Below are positions 58,901 through 64,000 of a stretch of DNA of 64,000 nt, one piece after another; positions within the stretch are counted from its first letter, which is position 1, and every line of letters begins with the position of its first letter. This DNA comes from Thermoplasmatota archaeon (lineage in GTDB: Archaea > Thermoplasmatota > Penumbrarchaeia > Penumbrarchaeales > Penumbrarchaeaceae). The notes below the pieces were generated by a model, which was not told where the DNA came from, searched no databases, and worked only from the letters and a program-made list of their open reading frames with translations. The stretch spans positions 4,602-68,601 of the forward strand of contig JARVGK010000010.1 in NCBI GenBank assembly GCA_029762535.1. Reading direction: 5' to 3'. A program made the translations under genes and the position numbers.

Positions 58901-59755
58901 CCTTATCGCGTCGGCGGGATCCTCTCGTCCGGGATACGCTACAAGTATGTCCTCGACGGCTATTATCGAGGTCGGCAGGCCCCTGCCGCTCCTCCACCGG
59001 GCGAGAGGCTCGAGGGAACCTCTCAGGTACTCGCCGGTGACTATGATGTATGACGGAGGGACCTCCATATATGGGGTGACGGAAACGGTCCCGGGGACCC
59101 CCTCCGGGGACCCGGAGGACCGGGCCGGGATCGGGTCCTCTTCCCAGTCGATGTGTACCTCTGTCGTTGGGTGCGCCGTCGCCTCGCCGGACGAAGAAAG
59201 TGTCATCGGGCATATCCAGAGGGAATAGACGCTGAGGAGACGCCCCCCTTTCAATCGGTGACCGATATGGGAGAGGCGCAGCGGATCCGCGGGATAGGTT
59301 CCACTGCCTCTCCACGGTAGAATGGGATCCGCCTCCTCGTAGGGGGAGACGGCCCTGATCATTCCCATCACCGGGCGATCGAGCATCACTGTCCTGCCCG
59401 GGCCCCTTTCGAGCCTGATCGATCGTATGTGTCCCGGCACAGTGATGACCGTTGCGATCCAGTCCATCATGGGCGAACCTTCCTCAGGGTCCCTCACTAT
59501 GATGTGATCGTCCCCGGTCAAGAGGCCTACGGATATGTCGTTCCCCAATAGTTCCAGATCGGCCCGTACGACGTTCGTTCCATCGAACGACACCCGAACG
59601 GCGATGGTCGATGATGATAGCTCCTCGTTCTCCCCTTCTCCGGGCAGGGGCACGAGAAGGAGCAAGAGTATGACGGCCAAGTATCGCCATGAATTGGGCA
59701 TCTGACCGGGTATGAGGACATTCATTATTAATCTTGAGCGGTCATATGTCCGCAT
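55937..59755 (-). CDS. Giant surface protein (1272 aa) with signal peptide, a peptidase C25 (gingipain)-like clan-CD domain, multiple Ig-like domains and a C-terminal TM anchor.
   Basis: C25 hallmarks: SYIIVTGEYL...WRSGRGLPTSIIAVEDI; catalytic-like His-Gly FIDHGGPTVW; then Ala-Cys LVSTLACLTTWFDD ~45 aa later; DFYFACLDGTWDLDGDGIFAE. C-terminus VWIFVLAGVLLLASAASAAFFIIRRRERD. Confidence 0.65.
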   Translation of the reverse strand: MRTYDRSRLIMNVLIPGQMPNSWRYLAVILLLLLVPLPGEGENEELSSSTIAVRVSFDGTNVVRADLELLGNDISVGLLTGDDHIIVRDPEEGSPMMDWIATVITVPGHIRSIRLERGPGRTVMLDRPVMGMIRAVSPYEEADPILPWRGSGTYPADPLRLSHIGHRLKGGRLLSVYSLWICPMTLSSSGEATAHPTTEVHIDWEEDPIPARSSGSPEGVPGTVSVTPYMEVPPSYIIVTGEYLRGSLEPLARWRSGRGLPTSIIAVEDILVAYPGREDPADAIREYLRDVHYGWGVLEHVLLAGDWDIVPTKRVQDANPYPGWDDGYLPADFYFACLDGTWDLDGDGIFAEIGDLEDIVPDISVSRLAINEGSVWEAKVEQIIEYEMGPGDLAWSDRAVLIAAHTHSEGDGPAHSEYLWNKHLSGHYGDKVELYESDMDLTINAVDSALAPGAGFVQFIDHGGPTVWCDNYGSGVIYRDRDASKLENDAMMPLVSTLACLTTWFDDSSGSDQWFGECIGESFTENVRGGAAGYAGSSRTSVGIIGMNRYLPYVNGLQEDLARQVGSLGEYVMGRAFKDAKGHYAEVWGGQFKNSGNSEVSMCWLEYNMLGETALELWTGPVNSFDVEIRHENDLDPHVIVEVRDRDNLPVPGVNVTLENFQMGVFANGVTDQFGEAAFDLSIRWFCEINVSARKHDHRPVVTAFRVADTIPPTSFLTTDPSEPEGENGWFHSPVSVRIAPDEKGVVHARIGAGTTIELNETNDFTFTLEEEGEFQVHYFAEDIAKNLEQERHHTIRIDLKDPAFEMYTSPETPDGKGGHYISEPMITITPVYDEGAPVAALHSLDGGPYREYDGPFYVPDGSHVLRVYAVDGSGRSSNVTETSFLIDSTPPEASHLLSPVSPDGLDSWYRTRPLLVLESSEDGASVQFRLDPRSDFEPYSAPIRLPEGSHTLQYRAFDAAGNIGLVHTYPVLVDASPPVLEAFVHPDEPDGRNGIHVTSPRVEMKAYDNIASEVRYRIDQGPWTGYFSSIRIDEGEHELEAYAVDPAGWQSPMFRRTLKVDTNPPIAIMELSGDMTNGIFRTAPVISLSSDEDVELFYYFGGDPVRYEGSVPMPGEEGIYLLNYFAVDLAGNAGEVGLSEIRYDVLAPRLEVKTSRVGRNVLILSMAGTDDAFPVEYRVVEGGRVLSDWSPATERTIEAGTGKHYLTVEARDAAGNRETASVTFSVQCRVWIFVLAGVLLLASAASAAFFIIRRRERDTADRASVEAYEID

Positions 59756-59758
59756 ATC

Positions 59759-61708
59759 TCACGGCATATGGGGATCCTGCATCGCGAACGATTCGGCCGG
59801 GCACGGTCCGAGGCACGATCCGCAATGACGGCATTTCGCTCTATCGAGCCTGACGCGCCCATCACCGTCAATGGACAGCGCCCCGTGCGGACATCTTCCC
59901 ACGCACACCCCGCACCCGACGCATCCCTGCGCCCTCATCGCAATGGAGACGACGTTCCTGGACATCCTCCTGAGCTCTGGCTCGTCCCTGCCCCTGACGA
60001 TCAGCGCCCCGTCCCTGAAGGCCTCGAGGGCGCTTTTTCTCCATTCCCATCCATCGGGAAAGACATCGACGCCGGACCCGTCATTGATCTTGATCGTTTC
60101 CCCCAGAACGTTTAGGAGCTCCTCGAAGGCCTCCCAAGGGACGTTAGTGGAGATGGTGCCCTCCCTGGAGGATCCGGAGTCGCATGTGTTGTGCCCGTCC
60201 ACCAGCGAAACGGAGGCACTCCCGATGCGCCCTCGGCCGAACTCGATCCCCAGGGCCTGTTCGAGGTCTATCATGTACTGCGGAAGCCGCTTGAAACGGT
60301 GGAAACCGTATTTGGACCATTCGACGGGGTATCCGCTTTGGACCCTGTGCTCCTCAAGGAAGGAACTCCAATCCGAGATATCCAGCTCCGTCCCCTCCAT
60401 CAGGTCCCTCTCGTGGAGGTCGGTGGATGGGCAGAGGTAGCATCCTATCCTCGCGAACCCTTTGCCGTAGAGCGGATTGTACGGAACGCTGCTTCTGAAA
60501 ATGTAGAGCCAAACGTCAAGGGCGGTCCAATCCTGGATCGGGGACGCGCCCACCTGACCCGGCACCCACGGGTTCTTCCAGACCGCGCCCTTCCTCTCCC
60601 GTATGTCTGACTCGTACCTCCTCTGGCCGATGAATGTCAGCACGCCTTCGGGGAACATACCGCTTATGAGACGGGTCATCGGCCCCAGTTTGCATGTCTT
60701 GCAGCACCATCTGAAATCCCTGCCGGGCGGCCCGAACCTGCGCGCGTCCTCGAAGAAGGACGATGTCGGACGGGCCGTATGCAGTTCGAGGTCCATCTCC
60801 CGGGCGAGATCGGTCACGTAGGCCAGCGTCTCCGGGAACTCGATCCCGGTATCAACGAAGAGCACCGGGGGTCGGATCCCCGCGGCATGGACCAAAAGGA
60901 GCGTGGCGAGGGAGTCCTTGCCCCCCGAGAAGGAGACCGCCGTCGGCAGCCCATGACCCTCGTCCACTTCCTTTATGAAATCCACAGCGGATGCCTCCAG
61001 TGACGATATCGTATCCTCGTTCATTGTGACGGTCCTTTCCCAGGCCTCGGTCCATGAGGCCTGAGGGACATCGGGTGCGCTGTCCTCCAGAGAGCACCAT
61101 CTTACCTTGACCCCCATCCCTTTGGTCCCCACCATCTCCTGAGTGCTCTTCCTGGACAGGCCCGCACCTACTATTCCGTCCTCCTCCGTCGTGACGATGA
61201 TCTCGTCCCCGGGCCGTATGCCATCGCTTGCGCTTAAGATCCCCGGGGATAGGAGGCTCGCTCCTTCCAGCAGGAAGGGGAGCGCGCTCCTGTCGGATAC
61301 GACGAAACCTCTGCTCGGGAGAAAACCGGCCCTCCTGAGACGGGATCCTCCTTCTTTCTTGAGAATGAGCACGTCCTTGAGGTCCTCCAGCCGGAACGCG
61401 GCGGAGGCAACGGGCCTGCCCCCTACGATGATCTCGTCCATTCTATCAGGGGACGGCGCCGGATTGACGAGATGCGGGCCCCCGGAGGGGACCAAGGCCT
61501 CTCCTGCGCCTTCCCCCCACTGGGCATCGGCCATTCTACGGACCCCCTCCACATCGTGCGGGAAGGCGGGGCGCATGTCCCCCGGAGGTGTATGCTCTAT
61601 CCTCCTTGCTCCGGACCCGCATTCGGGGCATATGGATATCCTGATGAGAGGTACGGAGCAGGTATCGCACCAGAATATGTTCACCCGGCCGTGCCTCACT
61701 ATCGCCAT
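59759..61708 (-). CDS. PAPS-reductase-like PP-loop ATPase fused to an N-terminal zinc ribbon + PUA-like domain and a C-terminal 2x[4Fe-4S] ferredoxin domain.
   Basis: N-terminal CDTCSVP...CPECGS. PUA-like block GFVVSDRSALPFLLEGASLLSPGIL...GDEIIVTTEEDGIVGAGLS. PP-loop SFSGGKDSLATLLL. C-terminal CVGCGVCVGRCP...CRHCGSCLGPCP. Confidence 0.6.
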   Translation of the reverse strand: MAIVRHGRVNIFWCDTCSVPLIRISICPECGSGARRIEHTPPGDMRPAFPHDVEGVRRMADAQWGEGAGEALVPSGGPHLVNPAPSPDRMDEIIVGGRPVASAAFRLEDLKDVLILKKEGGSRLRRAGFLPSRGFVVSDRSALPFLLEGASLLSPGILSASDGIRPGDEIIVTTEEDGIVGAGLSRKSTQEMVGTKGMGVKVRWCSLEDSAPDVPQASWTEAWERTVTMNEDTISSLEASAVDFIKEVDEGHGLPTAVSFSGGKDSLATLLLVHAAGIRPPVLFVDTGIEFPETLAYVTDLAREMDLELHTARPTSSFFEDARRFGPPGRDFRWCCKTCKLGPMTRLISGMFPEGVLTFIGQRRYESDIRERKGAVWKNPWVPGQVGASPIQDWTALDVWLYIFRSSVPYNPLYGKGFARIGCYLCPSTDLHERDLMEGTELDISDWSSFLEEHRVQSGYPVEWSKYGFHRFKRLPQYMIDLEQALGIEFGRGRIGSASVSLVDGHNTCDSGSSREGTISTNVPWEAFEELLNVLGETIKINDGSGVDVFPDGWEWRKSALEAFRDGALIVRGRDEPELRRMSRNVVSIAMRAQGCVGCGVCVGRCPHGALSIDGDGRVRLDRAKCRHCGSCLGPCPAESFAMQDPHMP

Positions 61709-61788
61709 AGGGGCGGGTGACCCTTCCCTGACGATATATTGCTTGCGGTGGATACGGTTATATCGTATGTTTTCGATGCGGCCGAGTA

Positions 61789-63138
61789 GTGAAGGACTTG
61801 AGAACGCTCGATCTGTTCGTCCCGTACGAGTTCAGGGACCCGGTCACAAGGAGGTGGCTGGCCTCCCCGGGAACCCTCCTGCTCCTGATGGCGTGCGCGG
61901 CTGTCATCGTTATATGGGTGCTTCAAAAGCCCGCATCGCTCTCCGATCCCTGGAGGGCTCTGGCCAAGTTCAGCGCGTTCAACGCGATATCGCTTTTATC
62001 ACTCAACTTCGTGCTGTCGGTGAGGGCGCGATGGATGGAGAGGCTCTTCAACGGAATGGACAGACAGTATATAGTCCACCGCCTGACCGGAAGGGCGGCG
62101 GTGCTGTTCATGCTGCTTCACCCTATCTTCCTGCTCGCCCACAATTCCTTCTCCCTGGAAGCGCTCAGGACCTACCTCGTTCCGGGAGTCGATTGGCCGG
62201 TATCTCTGGGCACTTTGTCCTTCGTCATCGTATGCGTGCTGATCGCATTGACGATGATGTTCAGGATCCCTTATCACATCTGGTTCATCACCCACAGGTT
62301 CATGATTTTCGTCCTCGTCCTATCCTTCGTCCATGCCGTGCTTTCCGGATCCGACGTCGGAGCGTACCCCGTTATGATGGGAGCACTATCCATCCTCTTC
62401 GCCATGGGAGTGACCTCCGACCTGTACATGGCCTTTTTTTACAGACCTCTGAACTCGCGAAAGGTCAAGGTGCTGAGAAAAAGCTCGTTCTCGGACATAC
62501 TGGAGCTGAAGCTTATGAGGCCTCACGGGTTCAACATGGAGCCGGGACAGTTCATTTTCGTCCAGTTCCCGAAAGTGGCGAGATGCGAGTTCTTTCCCTT
62601 CTCGATATCCTCCGACCAGTACGAGGACCACATACGCATCTCGATCAAGGCGGCCGGGGATACGACTTCCAGGCTCAAGGACGCTGTGAGAAAAGATGAC
62701 GTTTTGAGGATATTGGGCCCCTACGGCATGTTCGGAAAGAATTACATGTCCCACGACAGGGACATGATATGGGTGGCGGGAGGGATCGGCATCACCCCCT
62801 TTTTGTCCATGGCGATGAACGAGTCGATACATCCCACTGGAAGGAGGATAGACCTGATCTACGCGATGAGGGGCATGGACGATGCACATTACGATCGCGA
62901 ATTGCACAGGGAATCATCCATAAATCGGCTTTTCAATTACATGCATTGGCTTTCGATGGAGCGTGGAAGGATATCGGCCGAAGGTATCGTAAGGGAGATC
63001 GAAGGGGACGTTCGCGACAGGGTCGTTATGATCTGCGGTCCGCCGGCGATGATGGAGGCGCTCTCCAGCCAGTTCAGGAAGCTCGGTGTCCCCACTCGCA
63101 ACATCATATACGAGGACTTCAATCTGCTGGGGCACTGA
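61789..63138 (+). CDS. Ferric-reductase/NOX-like membrane oxidoreductase (heme-binding TM domain + FAD/NAD(P)H-binding FNR-like domain).
   Basis: TM region with paired His (HRLTGRAAVLFMLLHP; ITHRFMIFVLVLSFVHAV). FAD motif region FPFSISS. NAD(P)H-binding GGIGITPF and CGPPAMM. GTG start. Confidence 0.6.
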   Translation: MKDLRTLDLFVPYEFRDPVTRRWLASPGTLLLLMACAAVIVIWVLQKPASLSDPWRALAKFSAFNAISLLSLNFVLSVRARWMERLFNGMDRQYIVHRLTGRAAVLFMLLHPIFLLAHNSFSLEALRTYLVPGVDWPVSLGTLSFVIVCVLIALTMMFRIPYHIWFITHRFMIFVLVLSFVHAVLSGSDVGAYPVMMGALSILFAMGVTSDLYMAFFYRPLNSRKVKVLRKSSFSDILELKLMRPHGFNMEPGQFIFVQFPKVARCEFFPFSISSDQYEDHIRISIKAAGDTTSRLKDAVRKDDVLRILGPYGMFGKNYMSHDRDMIWVAGGIGITPFLSMAMNESIHPTGRRIDLIYAMRGMDDAHYDRELHRESSINRLFNYMHWLSMERGRISAEGIVREIEGDVRDRVVMICGPPAMMEALSSQFRKLGVPTRNIIYEDFNLLGH

Positions 63139-63222
63139 TCGGGCGGACCGATGCGAATACCGGTGATAACTATACATACTAGTTCCGATTAGCTCAGCCC
63201 AATAACGATCGGAGCAAGTATA

Positions 63223-64000
63223 ATGGAATTCAAGGAATTGGGATTGAATGACAGGCTCGTTGCTACAGTCAAGGGCCTCGGATACACATCCCCAACGCAG
63301 ATCCAGGAACAGGCGATACCCATCGTGCTTCAGGGCAAGGACGTCCTGGGACAGGCACAGACGGGGACAGGGAAGACGGCGGCCTTCGCGCTGCCCATAC
63401 TTGATAGGCTTATGGAAGGTCCGCGCGGCAGGGTCCGCGCGCTGATCATCGCCCCCACCAGGGAGCTTTCGGAACAGATAGACTCAGCGATAAGGGAACT
63501 ATCCTCTGGGACCGGTCTGAGGTCAACGACGGTCTACGGCGGGGTAAGCATGGAAGGACAGGTCGCCCGACTCAGGGCAAGACCCGACATCGTCGTGGCC
63601 TGTCCGGGAAGGCTCTTGGACCACATGAACAGGGGCACCATAGACCTGAGAGGGATAGAGGTCCTTGTCCTCGACGAGGCGGACAGGATGCTCGACATGG
63701 GTTTCCTCCAGGATATTCGCAGGATAATGAGATCGCTGCCGGTAAAGAGGCAGACCATGCTCTTCTCGGCCACGATACCAGGGGACATCAAGAGGCTGTC
63801 CTTCGAGTTCATGAAGGACCCCGTCAGCGTGGAGATAGGGCACAGCGCTCCTGTCGAGTCGGTATCCCATGCCATATATCCGGTCCCTCATCACCTTAAA
63901 ACGAGCCTTCTGATGTCCATACTGAAGGGATGCGGATCGGGATCCGTTATCATATTCACCAGGACAAAGCACAGGGCCAAAAGGCTGGCATATCAGCTCC
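63223..64000 (+). CDS. DEAD-box ATP-dependent RNA helicase, 3'-truncated at the window end; not present in the supplied ORF track.
   Basis: ATG at 63223. Q-motif region GYTSPTQIQEQAIP, Walker A AQTGTGKT, PTRELA-like APTRELS, DEAD (VLDEADRML) and SAT. The frame is open to nt 64000. Confidence 0.85.
   Translation, partial: MEFKELGLNDRLVATVKGLGYTSPTQIQEQAIPIVLQGKDVLGQAQTGTGKTAAFALPILDRLMEGPRGRVRALIIAPTRELSEQIDSAIRELSSGTGLRSTTVYGGVSMEGQVARLRARPDIVVACPGRLLDHMNRGTIDLRGIEVLVLDEADRMLDMGFLQDIRRIMRSLPVKRQTMLFSATIPGDIKRLSFEFMKDPVSVEIGHSAPVESVSHAIYPVPHHLKTSLLMSILKGCGSGSVIIFTRTKHRAKRLAYQL

Noticed and set aside
1-64000. Search for tRNA, rRNA and CRISPR arrays
   Set aside because: No cloverleaf-compatible GTTCRANYC T-loop contexts were found in the intergenic spacers. 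There are no regularly spaced direct repeats. No 16S/23S signature stretches were found.

Overview
GC-rich (~60%) archaeal chromosomal segment, probably a wall-less Thermoplasmatota-like lineage. Evidence for archaeal origin: archaeal-type LeuRS, TBP-fold protein, leaderless genes with TATA boxes ~25 nt upstream, and PKD/CARDB/FN3-rich surface proteins carrying C-terminal TM anchors. The window mixes housekeeping genes with a dense set of giant (0.9-1.5 kDa-scale, 838-1544 aa) membrane-anchored surface proteins. Housekeeping calls: rnhA, SSF transporter, nadE, nadC, leuS, rpe, trxB, aspartate aminotransferase, AbfD-type 4-hydroxybutyryl-CoA dehydratase, flavodiiron protein, HD dNTPase, DEAD-box helicase. 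Most notable observations: (1) three adjacent giant surface proteins (7400-17188) sharing a C-terminal TM-basic-...WEE-COOH tail, next to a polytopic membrane protein with zinc ribbon and TPR repeats; one of them carries an extracellular LanC-like domain with intact zinc ligands and another a C25 gingipain-like domain plus CARDB repeats. (2) A translationally coupled GT2 processive synthase + GHL10-like + GH18-like membrane-anchored glycosidase cluster (18890-26923) that looks like an undescribed archaeal exopolysaccharide synthesis/processing system. (3) A 1.5-kb single-gene insertion (archaeal ATPase, DUF234-type) into the 3' end of rnhA, flanked by 32-bp near-perfect direct repeats. (4) A single-repeat TBP-fold protein fused to a zinc ribbon. 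(5) A ~1 kb GC-rich non-coding gap (53746-54764) that may hold a structured RNA. (6) A DEAD-box helicase gene running off the window end that is absent from the ORF track. No CRISPR arrays, tRNAs or rRNAs were recognised.
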